DNA of 64,000 nt from Williopsis jadinii (lineage: Eukaryota), in contig AP024664.1 in assembly GCA_024346625.1 (NCBI GenBank), forward strand, positions 124,001-188,000, in the 5' to 3' direction. This document shows, piece after piece, positions 20,893 through 31,060 of the stretch. Each line of letters begins with the position of its first letter. Within the stretch, counting starts at the first letter, position 1. Made by a program: the position numbers and the translations under genes. A model generated the notes under the pieces. It made no database searches, had not been told where the DNA came from, and saw nothing but the letters and a program-made list of their open reading frames with translations.

Positions 20893-22266
20893 ATGAGGTT
20901 GTTGGTGTTGACATTTCTGCTCACTGTTGCCTTTGGTAATATCTATGAGACGTGTATTTCATTTGAGGCTGATGATAGGCCAAGAGGAATCTACATTGAG
21001 AACCCCCACGAAAACGACACCTCGATCCTTGTGTACAATAGGGAAGACATTGGGAAGACCAATATTCCAGATTGGGTTTACACTATCGGGCCATTGCTTG
21101 AGTCAGAGGAGAGCTTTGGACTCTGCAGTGAGCTCAACGTGACTGAAGGTGTGTGTGATGGTCCAGCCGGTACTTTCAACGTGAAAGTCACAGGTGACGG
21201 AACACCACATGACTGGTTGAACGTTGTTCTGCGTCAAGGTGAAGGTGTCAAGTACGATATCAACGAAGAGGGAAACTACTGTGTTGTTGCTTATCGAAAT
21301 TCGGATATGTTTTACGATGAGATAGTTGTTAAAGAAGTTCATGGCCATGGGTTCCTCTCTAGAAGAGATTACAGGGTGTTCCAAGTTTACCAATTACAGT
21401 TGGTGCTGCTGATTGCCACTGCTGTTGCGATGTATCTCACTTTCCAAAAGAACAAGAAGAGCTACCTTGGTGATATATTCCAAGATTTTGTCACCTTGAT
21501 GGTACTGCAATTCGCTGAGGTTATTGTGTTCAATGTCAAGTTTATGATAATGAATACCAATGTGAACTTCTCCAAGTCGAACAAGAGTTTTGACATCGAT
21601 CATTGGTTACCAAAGATTTTTGAAAAGCTTGATTTACTGGTCTTGTACAAGCTCTCACGAGGTGTTTATGGATACGGCAAATTAAGCAGACAGCAACTCT
21701 CGATTCAGCCTATCTTCGTCTTATGTATGGTTTCCTTTGTTGTTTCCGAAACGGCATTTGCCTTCCATGGGCTCGTGTACACCAAGCTATCTAATACTTT
21801 TGCAAATATTATGATGAGCCTTTTGGGTGTTGTGAGATACAGTCTATGGGTTCCAACATTATTTCTCATATTTGAAAATTCAGATATCACTTTCAAGGGA
21901 ATATTCAACCCTGTCCACGCCAACAAGTACTTCTTAACTAGAAGGGTATTGTTTCTCGTTCCTTTGGCTCTAGAGTTCATATCAAGCGTGGGTTCCAACC
22001 TCGTGGCTAACATCATGAGGGGCGACGAACATTTCCAACGGGGTGACTTCAGAGCACACCAATTTGCGTGGGATGATATTAGGTCAACTTTCCTAGTCAC
22101 AATGTTGGATCATATGGAGGACTTCGCCCAAGTGGCTGTTCAATGGCTGCTTCTGTACATTTGGGTTTGGAAGCCAACAAAGATCGACCTTGCTGAACAA
22201 GAAGCGTCTACAGCTGTGGAGTTGGATGACATGATGATTGGTGCCGGAAACTCCAAGCTTGCATGA
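20893..22266 (+). CDS. PTM1-like (GOLD + 7TM, GPR107/TMEM87 'lung seven transmembrane' family) protein, paralog A
   Basis: Signal peptide, luminal Cys domain (GLC..GVCDG, KYDINEEGNYCV, HGFLS), several TM helices and a final LLYIW. Clearly homologous to the downstream gene. Confidence 0.6.
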   Translation: MRLLVLTFLLTVAFGNIYETCISFEADDRPRGIYIENPHENDTSILVYNREDIGKTNIPDWVYTIGPLLESEESFGLCSELNVTEGVCDGPAGTFNVKVTGDGTPHDWLNVVLRQGEGVKYDINEEGNYCVVAYRNSDMFYDEIVVKEVHGHGFLSRRDYRVFQVYQLQLVLLIATAVAMYLTFQKNKKSYLGDIFQDFVTLMVLQFAEVIVFNVKFMIMNTNVNFSKSNKSFDIDHWLPKIFEKLDLLVLYKLSRGVYGYGKLSRQQLSIQPIFVLCMVSFVVSETAFAFHGLVYTKLSNTFANIMMSLLGVVRYSLWVPTLFLIFENSDITFKGIFNPVHANKYFLTRRVLFLVPLALEFISSVGSNLVANIMRGDEHFQRGDFRAHQFAWDDIRSTFLVTMLDHMEDFAQVAVQWLLLYIWVWKPTKIDLAEQEASTAVELDDMMIGAGNSKLA

Positions 22267-22573
22267 GGGAATAAATTACAAATTGTATGATCATCACTCA
22301 ATTCGATTGGAGACACTGGCAAATTTGAAAAGTTATGAATACATTTCAATTTTAACTCTCGCCTCAAAGCGCATTGCATCAACGCACCATGCGCTGTGAC
22401 GTATGTACATCGTAACTTTAAAAGCAGATGAGATTATATAAGCACGCAGTGCTGTCCGAACCATCGGGCTGTACACTTTGGGTATTAATAGGGCAAATCT
22501 GTATAAATAAGCCGTTAATCCTCGTTCCTTTGCTTCCCGTATCGCCTCAGAAGAACCACAGTATCGCTGTAAT

Positions 22574-23935
22574 ATGAAAGTTCTCCCATTGGCCACGTTA
22601 GCACTCGGTGCACTTGGTGCTGTTATACAGAATTGCGTTGGTTATGAGCCTTCCGACGGACCCAGAGGCCTATACATTGAGTCCAATGAAGAGGATACCT
22701 CCTTGCTGGTGTACCATATCAGAGATTCTGCCAGAACAAACATCCCAATGGTTGTTGATGATGACATCCTGCTCATGGAGGTTGACGGGTTTGGCATTTG
22801 CTCGCAGAAGAAGCTGTCGCAAGGGCTGTGTGATGGTCCTGTCGGCACCTTTACCGTCAAGGTGATGGATGGTGAGAAGCCTCAGAGCGCAATCTTGAAC
22901 CAAAGACTGATGAAAGGTGAGAATGTCACCTATCAGATCCATGAACAGGGTATATTCTGTGGTATTCTTTATCAAGAGGCTGAAAGCGTGAAGGGGCTGT
23001 ATGTCCAGGAGATCCACAGCTATGGATATCTATCACTTGCTGGCCACGCAGAGGCTAAAGTATTCCAACTCTTGATAGCACTGTTATTCACCACCCAGCT
23101 GGTTCTCATATGGACATTCAGAGGTGATAAGAAGAAGTACATTGGAACCATCTTTCAAGACATCTGTGTGCTCCTGACTCTGAAGGTTTTAGAGATTACA
23201 TGGAATAACTTCATTCTCACTCTTTGGAATTTCCATCCAAGACTCTCATTGTTTAAAGTGTTTGACTTTTACATCGCAGTTCAATTCCTCTTCACAATAG
23301 GATCCTACATTGTCTATTATAAGCTCTCCTCTGGTGTCTATGGGTATGGTAAACCGGACAGAGAGAGATTGTCCATTCAGCCAGCTTTTAAGAAGTGTCT
23401 TGTTGCTCAAGGTGTCTCGTACATTATTCTCTCATTCCATCCGTTATTGGAGAAATTGGCACATTTCTATGTTGTCCAAGCTATCCAGATCATCGCCTCT
23501 CTTGTGTCCGCATTCATATGGATTCCTATGTTCTACATCATGTACAAGAACTCCAAGATGACGTACAATGAGATTGTTGATCCAATATTCGCCAGAAAGT
23601 ATCTTCTGTCAAGAAGAGCACTTATTTTCATCCCAATATCACTCGGATTGATCTCCACGGTTGGTACGATGGTTGTGATGGCTGCTGCCACGAATTCGTC
23701 ACAAAAGACTGGTGATATCGGAAAGGACTTTAAGGAGAACTTCACAACCATGCTCGAAGTGTCCACTAAGCAGAACATGTGGTATGTCCTTCTCAGCCAC
23801 CTGAACGACTTCTCGATGTTGGTTGTTCAATGGGTGTTGCTCTTGATCTGGAATCCTAAAACCATTGATCCTTCCGAGTTCGAAGACGTTCACGCAAATC
23901 AACTCAATGAGGGCAATGGAAAGCTTCAGCTGTGA
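22574..23935 (+). CDS. PTM1-like (GOLD + 7TM) protein, paralog B (tandem duplicate)
   Basis: Shares PRG(I/L)YIE, DTS.LVY, TNIP, CDGP.GTF.VKV, YKLS.GVYGYGK, LSIQP, KY.L.RR.L and VQW.LL.IW with paralog A. Confidence 0.6.
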   Translation: MKVLPLATLALGALGAVIQNCVGYEPSDGPRGLYIESNEEDTSLLVYHIRDSARTNIPMVVDDDILLMEVDGFGICSQKKLSQGLCDGPVGTFTVKVMDGEKPQSAILNQRLMKGENVTYQIHEQGIFCGILYQEAESVKGLYVQEIHSYGYLSLAGHAEAKVFQLLIALLFTTQLVLIWTFRGDKKKYIGTIFQDICVLLTLKVLEITWNNFILTLWNFHPRLSLFKVFDFYIAVQFLFTIGSYIVYYKLSSGVYGYGKPDRERLSIQPAFKKCLVAQGVSYIILSFHPLLEKLAHFYVVQAIQIIASLVSAFIWIPMFYIMYKNSKMTYNEIVDPIFARKYLLSRRALIFIPISLGLISTVGTMVVMAAATNSSQKTGDIGKDFKENFTTMLEVSTKQNMWYVLLSHLNDFSMLVVQWVLLLIWNPKTIDPSEFEDVHANQLNEGNGKLQL

Positions 23936-23963
23936 GAAACGAACAGTTATAACTTCTGTTTCG

Positions 23964-26900
23964 TTAAATACCATCGATCATACTAAGAATACTCTTCAAT
24001 GCTCCCACCTTTGTAGCCTCGTTGTAGACCAACACACCTTCACCACACCCACCTTCCACGTTAACAAGACCCTTGTCCAATAACTTGGAGAAATCTGATT
24101 GCAGACCCAATGGAATGGCACTGGAACTTGCCAATCCTTTCTTCTTCAGCATCGACGTATGCTCAAAGTCCTCAGCAGCTTCTTCAGAACGTTTGATGAT
24201 GGCAGAGTCAATACCACACATGTTGGCAACGTGCATTCCAAAGCTTCCCTCAGCAGCACCTGGCTCTAGCCTGTACAAGAATGTGATATTCTTTGAGGCT
24301 TCATCGACAATGATTGCCATCTTGTAAGGCTGCACCTGTGGATGGCTCTTGAAGCTCTCTCCAAGAGAGGCATAGTGTGTTGCAAAGAATCCTAAAGATT
24401 GGACGTGTGTCACTATATGGTGCAATACAGCCTCTGCAATGGCAAAACCATCGGATGAACTACCTCCTCTTCCCAATTCATCCAACACCAACAAGCTCTT
24501 TGGCGTGGCATTCTCCAAGATTCGTTTGGTCTCTGAGAGCTCAACAAAGAAGGTGGATTTCCCTTGCATGATGTTATCATTGGCACCTAAACGAGTCATG
24601 ATACGATCAACAGGTGTCAGACGAGCAGCTTCGCATGGCACGTAGCAGCCGATTTGAGCAAGAATCACCGCAATGCATGTCATTCTCAACACCGTTGATT
24701 TACCAGCTGCGTTGGCACCGGTCAACAGTCCCATGTTGGCCTTTTCTCCACCCAAGGTGATGGAATTTGGAATGAAATCCTTCGCATTTGTAAGGCCGTG
24801 GTTGAAGAATGGGTGTCTCAGCTCGTCGAATCGTAAGATACCCTGGTCAGAGTCGACAAACTGTGGGCGTACAGCAGGGAAGCCTATAGATTCTGAGGTT
24901 TTGGCCAATGAGACCAGACAATCAATCTTTGCAACGATTGAAATTGCACTGTTCCAAACGGCATAGTCCTTGTCGAACTTTGCAAACATTCTAATCTTCA
25001 AAGAGTCCTCCAGGATCTTGTGCAATTCCCTGGCACGAGCGATCTCTTTGGACAGGGCCTCCACCTCAGGAGACCACCATCTCTTTGTCTTCTTGGAGGC
25101 TCCCATCTGCTTCCAGGAAGATGGCACCTTCACGGAGATTGGCATCTCGATGGTGTACAGCTCCTTGCCAAAGTCCTTGTACTCGATCGACTGCGTCTTG
25201 AACTCTCTTCTGTATGCTCTAAGCGTGGTGTTCAATTCATCCTCCAATCTCTTGATGTTACTCTTCGATTCGTCATAGTCTTCTTCCACGCCTGAGCTGA
25301 GGATGAGAAGACCTTGTTCCCTCGCTCTGACTCGATCAAAGGCATCTGTCCATTTGGCCAGACACTGTGCAATTTCAGAAGGGAAGCTCGAAACCAAACG
25401 GCCAAGGACACCTTTCAAGTCGTCATGAGATGCTAGGATCTTGTAAAGAGAAGCAATGTCTTCAAATCCTTCAATCACCCTTGTGAAGTCCTTCAGTTTA
25501 AGCTGACCAGCATGCACTCTTGAAAGCAGTCTCTCCAGATCTGGAAGCTTCGACAACGTGAGCTCGATGGTGGATCTCAGGTCGATGTCCTCCAGCAATT
25601 GATCCACAGAGTCCAACCTCTCGTCGATATCATCCTTGTGCAACAGAGGATGGACGATCCAGGTCTGTAACAGTCTCTTGCCGAATGGCGTGGATGCACG
25701 GTTCACAAGCTTGAACAACGTGCCCTTGTCGGAGCCGTCAAACGAGTTTGCAAAGATCTCCAGGTTCTGTAGAGTCTGTCCATCCAACACCAGGTTCGTC
25801 GTTGCCCTGATGGTGGTGTACGTGGAGATGTTCCCCAGAGAGACCAACGATTCGTCAAGTTTCAGTGACTTCAAATACCACAACAGCCCACCAAATGCTG
25901 AGAACGCAGACATCTTACGATCGTTGTAGAACACTCTCAAGGTCTCTGGCCATTGCGAGATGTCATCCAGGTCCTCTGCTGGGAAGTACTTAGCTCTCGT
26001 CAGAGTCTCGAAGGTGACATCAAAGTCGTAGAACTCCTCATCCGGCTTAATGACGTTGAAGATTGCCTGGTTTTGGCAATTGAACTTGAGAATTCTCACA
26101 GCCAATGAGCACAGGTTGTCCTTTGCGTAGATCACCTCTTTAGGTCTCAATTGAGAGATCAACGTCTCAAACTTGGTGCATTCACTATCATCTGAGAACT
26201 CCGTCATCTGGATTGAGCCCGTGGCTGTGTCTATGAAGGCAACACCAAACACCATGCCAGCTGGGTCATGAGGATCTGGGTCCTGTCTGATGGCACAGCA
26301 GTACATCGCCATGTCATCGACAAGCATGCTCTCCTCTGTCAGAGTACCTGCCGTCAAGACACACTTCAGCTCTCTCTGGATGACCTCTTTCTTAGCTTTC
26401 GTGCCACTTTCCCTGATCTCCTTTGCCAGCCCGGTCTCCTTCTGATCAACCTTGGCGACCTTGAAGCCCTTTGATATGAAGCTCGTTGCCCAATAGTCAA
26501 ACGACATCTCTGGAATACCAGCTAATTGCATGTTAGCACGACCACCTCCGGCAATCTTCAGGTCGAACTCGTTATGAGCAATCATGGCATCCTTCTCGTA
26601 AAGCTCATAGAACTTTCCCTTCTTGAAGAACACTATACAGTCCCACATCTTGGACTTGATCTCCCAGTACTGCTTCTCAAAAGCCGTGAACTTAGCCCAT
26701 GCTGAAGGTGGGATATACAGCGTTCTCGGGTCGTAGTCAGGGTCAGTGATGGGACGCTTCTCAGCGTCACGGATGTCCACAAGCCACTGGTACCTCTCCT
26801 CGTTCTCCTTCGTGAACTTCTGATGCTTTGGAGCAGGCTTGTCCCTTGTGGAAGGTGTCTGTTTAGAGGGAGTCGAGCCGTTTGGCCTGTAACTTGATGA

Positions 26901-27647
26901 TGACGAGAACTGTTTCAGCTTCGACGCACTTGACGATGGAGTGGAGGCCTGGGACTTGGCTGGTGTGGATCTCTTCTTCTGTCTAGGCTTTGTCAGCTCG
27001 ACAAGATCCTCGTCGTCGTCGTCAATGGCCCCGGAATCGTCCTCAAAATCGTCTGGCACGACGAACGCGTCGCCGTCATCCACGTCAGATTCGTCCTGTG
27101 CATCTGGAACGAACTCCTCGCCGTCGTCGTCGTCCTCGATGACTCGACGACGCTTGCGTGCTGATGAATTGACCACTGGGGCATCTTCACCATCGTCCTC
27201 ATCGCTCAGCTCTGCGTAGCTCACATTCTTCCTGGTTCTTCGAGAGTTGGAGCCATTGATCACAGGCGCAGGGGTGGGAGAGCTCTGCAACGTGTCGTTC
27301 TCAGATCTCTGCTGTAAAGGCTGCTTCTCTGTCTTCACAGCAGTGTAACTGGGCGTGAGAGGCGTCGCAGGAGTGGAGCTCTTCACCTTGTCTGACAGGA
27401 TAGACGTGTCACCGCTTGCAAGGCTCCCACAGTTCTCCTTATCCTCACCAAGTCCACAGGAACCACCAGTGGACACGCCATTGGACCCAGACACCGGCCC
27501 GGCCTTCACACCAGGCTCCTTCTTTGCTGATCTCTTCGTGAAGAAGGACAGCAGCGATGATTGCTTCATCTTTGCAGAAGACGACGTGTCTCCTTTCTTA
27601 GCAGCAGTCGGCCTCTTTGGCGTCGTCGTGCTCGATGGATTTGCCAT
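23964..27647 (-). CDS. MSH6: MutS-alpha mismatch repair subunit
   Basis: PIP box QSSLLSFF, FFKKGKFYELYE, LLTGANAAGKST, DELGRGGSS. First ATG at 27647. Confidence 0.98.
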   Translation of the reverse strand: MANPSSTTTPKRPTAAKKGDTSSSAKMKQSSLLSFFTKRSAKKEPGVKAGPVSGSNGVSTGGSCGLGEDKENCGSLASGDTSILSDKVKSSTPATPLTPSYTAVKTEKQPLQQRSENDTLQSSPTPAPVINGSNSRRTRKNVSYAELSDEDDGEDAPVVNSSARKRRRVIEDDDDGEEFVPDAQDESDVDDGDAFVVPDDFEDDSGAIDDDDEDLVELTKPRQKKRSTPAKSQASTPSSSASKLKQFSSSSSYRPNGSTPSKQTPSTRDKPAPKHQKFTKENEERYQWLVDIRDAEKRPITDPDYDPRTLYIPPSAWAKFTAFEKQYWEIKSKMWDCIVFFKKGKFYELYEKDAMIAHNEFDLKIAGGGRANMQLAGIPEMSFDYWATSFISKGFKVAKVDQKETGLAKEIRESGTKAKKEVIQRELKCVLTAGTLTEESMLVDDMAMYCCAIRQDPDPHDPAGMVFGVAFIDTATGSIQMTEFSDDSECTKFETLISQLRPKEVIYAKDNLCSLAVRILKFNCQNQAIFNVIKPDEEFYDFDVTFETLTRAKYFPAEDLDDISQWPETLRVFYNDRKMSAFSAFGGLLWYLKSLKLDESLVSLGNISTYTTIRATTNLVLDGQTLQNLEIFANSFDGSDKGTLFKLVNRASTPFGKRLLQTWIVHPLLHKDDIDERLDSVDQLLEDIDLRSTIELTLSKLPDLERLLSRVHAGQLKLKDFTRVIEGFEDIASLYKILASHDDLKGVLGRLVSSFPSEIAQCLAKWTDAFDRVRAREQGLLILSSGVEEDYDESKSNIKRLEDELNTTLRAYRREFKTQSIEYKDFGKELYTIEMPISVKVPSSWKQMGASKKTKRWWSPEVEALSKEIARARELHKILEDSLKIRMFAKFDKDYAVWNSAISIVAKIDCLVSLAKTSESIGFPAVRPQFVDSDQGILRFDELRHPFFNHGLTNAKDFIPNSITLGGEKANMGLLTGANAAGKSTVLRMTCIAVILAQIGCYVPCEAARLTPVDRIMTRLGANDNIMQGKSTFFVELSETKRILENATPKSLLVLDELGRGGSSSDGFAIAEAVLHHIVTHVQSLGFFATHYASLGESFKSHPQVQPYKMAIIVDEASKNITFLYRLEPGAAEGSFGMHVANMCGIDSAIIKRSEEAAEDFEHTSMLKKKGLASSSAIPLGLQSDFSKLLDKGLVNVEGGCGEGVLVYNEATKVGALKSILSMIDGI

Positions 27648-27734
27648 TGGTTGCACCCTTTGCTGACTCGTTGAGAGTTCCAATTGGAGCGTAAAGCAAG
27701 CCAAAACACGTCAAAACAAGTTGAATTGATACTG

Positions 27735-27775
27735 ACGCGTCACTGCAAAGACCTCGCGCACCGCGAGACACGCGT
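27735..27775. promoter_or_regulatory. Two MCB elements (ACGCGT) upstream of MSH6
   Basis: ACGCGT at 27735 and 27770, fitting G1/S regulation of a repair gene. Confidence 0.75.
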
Positions 27776-27785
27776 CAGTTTGGTG

Positions 27786-27824
27786 GTGTCCGGGTGTCAG
27801 GGTGTCAGGGTGGTGTCCGGGTGT
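27786..27824. promoter_or_regulatory. Rap1-like/telomere-like motif cluster in the MSH6-GRX3/4 divergent promoter
   Basis: GTGTCCGGGTGT at 27786 and 27813, with GGGTGTCA x2 in the same stretch. Confidence 0.6.
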
Positions 27825-28040
27825 TCATATTACATAATCAGTGTGTCCCATACCACTATGGCGTCATTTTTCCATCCCGCAAGACTCACACCCGCACACC
27901 ACCATATAAGCTGGCCAAATTTTGCCCACATTAAAACTACGCGGGCAAGCTCTCATTCCATCACCGTGGAACTGGTCCATAAATCCAGTGGAAAGTCAGC
28001 AATTGGACCATAAGTTCGTACACCAAGCGTCGTTACAAAG

Positions 28041-28805
28041 ATGAGCGTGATCGAGGTTAACAGCGATGACCACTTCACCGAGCTGACGAGTGACGTCTCG
28101 CCTGAGAAGCTCATTGCACTGTACTTCTACACGCCATGGGCAGCTCCTTGTATCCAGATTAACACCGTCTATCAACAGCTCGCACAGCAGAACCCAGAGG
28201 TTGCGTTCCTGTCCATCAACGCCGACGAGCACCTTGACATCTCTGAGCTGTTCGAGGTGAGTGCTGTTCCGTATTTCGTGCTTATCAAGAACGACACGAT
28301 CTTGAAAGAGATCTCTGGTGCTGATCCACAGGAATTCGTCCAGGCGTTGGAAGAGCTTCAACAGGGGACAGCAGCAGGCCAAGCGCAGCAGCAGACGAGC
28401 CAGCAGGCTCCGCTAGCACAGACTCAGGCCCAGGTTCCTTCTACCACCTCGTCACAGCCTCCTGTGGAGGCTCAGGAGGAGGAATCTCCAGAGGCCTTGA
28501 ATGCCCGTCTCAAGCAGTTGACAGAGGCATCACCTGTTATGCTCTTCATGAAGGGAACGCCAGCTTCACCTCAGTGTGGATTCTCGAGACAGCTCGTCGC
28601 TATCTTGAGAGAGAACCAGGTGAGATTCGGGTTCTTCGATATCCTCAAGGACGATTCTGTTAGACAAGGCCTCAAGACGTTCTCAGACTGGCCAACTTTC
28701 CCACAGTTATACATCAACGGCGAATTCCAAGGTGGGTTGGATATCATCAAGGAGAACCTGGAGGAGGATCCAAACTTCTTTCAGAACGCTGTAAATGCTA
28801 ACTAG
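28041..28805 (+). CDS. GRX3: Monothiol glutaredoxin with N-terminal thioredoxin domain (Grx3/Grx4)
   Basis: WAAPC Trx-like domain, PQCGFSRQ, SDWPTFPQLYINGEFQGGLDII. Confidence 0.96.
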   Translation: MSVIEVNSDDHFTELTSDVSPEKLIALYFYTPWAAPCIQINTVYQQLAQQNPEVAFLSINADEHLDISELFEVSAVPYFVLIKNDTILKEISGADPQEFVQALEELQQGTAAGQAQQQTSQQAPLAQTQAQVPSTTSSQPPVEAQEEESPEALNARLKQLTEASPVMLFMKGTPASPQCGFSRQLVAILRENQVRFGFFDILKDDSVRQGLKTFSDWPTFPQLYINGEFQGGLDIIKENLEEDPNFFQNAVNAN

Positions 28806-28905
28806 GTGGTTTGGATTCGGTAAAACCCCCTCGTCATATAGTGTTATCTATTATAAATTGCAATCTTATAATGTTCGTTAATAATGCTATGTTAGTTAAT
28901 CTTGT

Positions 28906-30771
28906 TCAGAAATCAGAGTCGTCAAAATCGTGGGAACCATCATCTAAGTCCTCTAGAAGCTCCAGGTTGGTCAAAGTCTTCTGTAGCGTTGGCCTTTGGG
29001 AGATTTGCACCAGTTCTCTTTCGAATGTATCGTCAACGTCAGGTATAATCTGATCTGTATCTTCAATATCACTATCTGTGACTATTGGATCCTCTTCTTC
29101 GTCTCCATTATCACCACCGTCGAGGTCTGCAGAAGTGCTATCCAGTTCCATATCTCTGTACTTGAAATACTCCAGGTTATTGCTCGAGCTGGCATAATCA
29201 ACATCATCATCTGCTGTAGGGGTCTCATCTCCAACTACTTGCTGATTGATGAAAGAGCCTCCCAATCGTTCAGTGATGTATGGCATCTTTGGGAGAAACA
29301 ACTCCTCAGGAATCGGCTCTATCCCCTTTGCCTTCATATACACAACTTTGCTCTTGTTCTTAAATGCCAATTGCCTATTGATCAGAGGCTCCAAATCTCC
29401 AAACAACTGGTTCGAATCTTGGAAACTTCGCAACACGTTGCCATTCTTCCTCAGCTCCAGCTCCATATACTGTGAGACATCATTCTTGACCCTCTGAATT
29501 CTCCTTTGCACTTTCCATTCTCTGGGGAAAACAAGTCCCATATTGTTATGTGAAGAGCCAGTGGCTGTAACCTTTGCTATGCTTGTTCGAACAGCTCTGG
29601 TGGAGATTTCGAGGCTCTCACCTTCAGGAACTATCGTGTCTGCTAAGCTCAAGCCATCTGCAACCTCCAATGCAACGCTCAAGGGGAATTGTGACTTGTT
29701 CAAACTGGTGTAGTTCTCCAATAGTGCCAGTTTCATTATTGAAGGCCTAGTAATGAAGTCCTTTACAACTTGGTTAGTTGTGACGTTATCGTCCTCATCG
29801 CTCTTACTTCCATAGACACACTTGCCCACAGCATGGAATATTGAGACTGGCTGCTCTTTACCGAGGTTTAACGTATTGGCTGTATCCTCATGGTACAATT
29901 TACACCAAAATTCCAAAGCTGATATTGCTGATCTTATGTCACCAAACGTTGACAGTTTCAGGATCTCGTCCTTTATCGCATTCGAAGGAATGGCTTGTAG
30001 TTGAGCAGACTCACTCTTTACAATGCTATTCAATGTCTTCTTGATCAGAGTTGCGTTCACAGGGTTAAACTTGATCCTGTGGACAGTTGGTGCGTTCAAA
30101 AGCTTCTTACCTAAAATGGTTTCAGCGTTGTAGTTGTTCTCAATGGAGTATCCTCTTCGCATGGTCTCCTCATTGGCCAAATCACATTCCGTGATACATA
30201 TCACCAAAGGAGGAGTCCTTTGGTCAGAGTATGCCCATTGCATCAAGCTTTTCCTGAGCCTTTCCCGTGTTTCTTCGTGGAATACGTTTGGTATATCTTC
30301 AACCAGTACGATTGACTTCCTCACGCCTCTTCTGAATCGCACAGATTGGAGGAAATCGTCGAATTGATCTCTATGAGTCTCCAGCGGGCTAATCCATTCT
30401 ATGTAGGGTATCTGGCCTCCTCTGTCCTCGATCAATTCCTGGGAAAGTAGCTTTATCACTGTGCTCTTTGAACAACCGGACGGGCCTGTTAAGACGAGAA
30501 TCTTACACTGGGATTCGCCAGAAACCATTGGTTCCAAGATGCTTCGCACATCTTTGAGCTTTCTGTTGTGTATAGCAACCTGGTCCAGTGATCTGGGTGA
30601 GTATTTATCGATCCACTGGAGTGATTCTGCTGCTGATGCTGATGCTAATTCTGATATTGATGCTGATGCTGATGCTGATGGTGTTGATGAACGACTCCTC
30701 GTTTTATCCTTCTCTTTGAACGAGTCAGTCAAGTGTGATATCTTCCTCCTCTTCCTCTGTGCTTCCTTCAT
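28906..30771 (-). CDS. RAD24: Checkpoint clamp loader subunit Rad24 (Rad17 family)
   Basis: QWIDKYSP..LDQVAIHNRK, LTGPSGCSKST, IKFNPVN, GDIRSAI, FHAVGK. Likely start MKEAQ at 30771; adjacent to GRX3/4 as in S. cerevisiae. Confidence 0.95.
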   Translation of the reverse strand: MKEAQRKRRKISHLTDSFKEKDKTRSRSSTPSASASASISELASASAAESLQWIDKYSPRSLDQVAIHNRKLKDVRSILEPMVSGESQCKILVLTGPSGCSKSTVIKLLSQELIEDRGGQIPYIEWISPLETHRDQFDDFLQSVRFRRGVRKSIVLVEDIPNVFHEETRERLRKSLMQWAYSDQRTPPLVICITECDLANEETMRRGYSIENNYNAETILGKKLLNAPTVHRIKFNPVNATLIKKTLNSIVKSESAQLQAIPSNAIKDEILKLSTFGDIRSAISALEFWCKLYHEDTANTLNLGKEQPVSIFHAVGKCVYGSKSDEDDNVTTNQVVKDFITRPSIMKLALLENYTSLNKSQFPLSVALEVADGLSLADTIVPEGESLEISTRAVRTSIAKVTATGSSHNNMGLVFPREWKVQRRIQRVKNDVSQYMELELRKNGNVLRSFQDSNQLFGDLEPLINRQLAFKNKSKVVYMKAKGIEPIPEELFLPKMPYITERLGGSFINQQVVGDETPTADDDVDYASSSNNLEYFKYRDMELDSTSADLDGGDNGDEEEDPIVTDSDIEDTDQIIPDVDDTFERELVQISQRPTLQKTLTNLELLEDLDDGSHDFDDSDF

Positions 30772-30870
30772 CAGATATCTCCTCTTTACCGGCGATTCGA
30801 ACGTGGAACCCCATGGAAAGAAACACAGGAAGGAGGTGAGTGTGAAGTTGAAGTAACACCATCTATACAC

Positions 30871-30934
30871 CACCCGGACACCCAAACACCCGGACATTTT
30901 GGGTCCAGAAATGTCCGGGTGTATGTCCGGGTGT
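30871..30934. promoter_or_regulatory. Four Rap1-like sites including a perfect 14-bp inverted repeat (RAD24-RPH1 divergent promoter)
   Basis: ACACCCGGACATTT (30886-30899) and AAATGTCCGGGTGT (30909-30922), plus copies at 30871 and 30923. Confidence 0.65.
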
Positions 30935-31060
30935 TTGCCGACAGAGCCCCATCGTACGGTTCAAAATGACACTCAAAACACCTCTTTAATCCCTCTGTTC
31001 CAACGCTTATACACGCTGCTACAGTCATTGTATGGACACATTAAGCCGGTTGAGTGGACA

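Noticed and set aside
30772..31060. ORF-track N-terminal extensions of RAD24 and RPH1 (similarly KTR, MSH6, SAP1, TED1, ISD11)
   Set aside because: They run through promoter motifs or begin at non-ATG codons; homology begins at the downstream ATGs.
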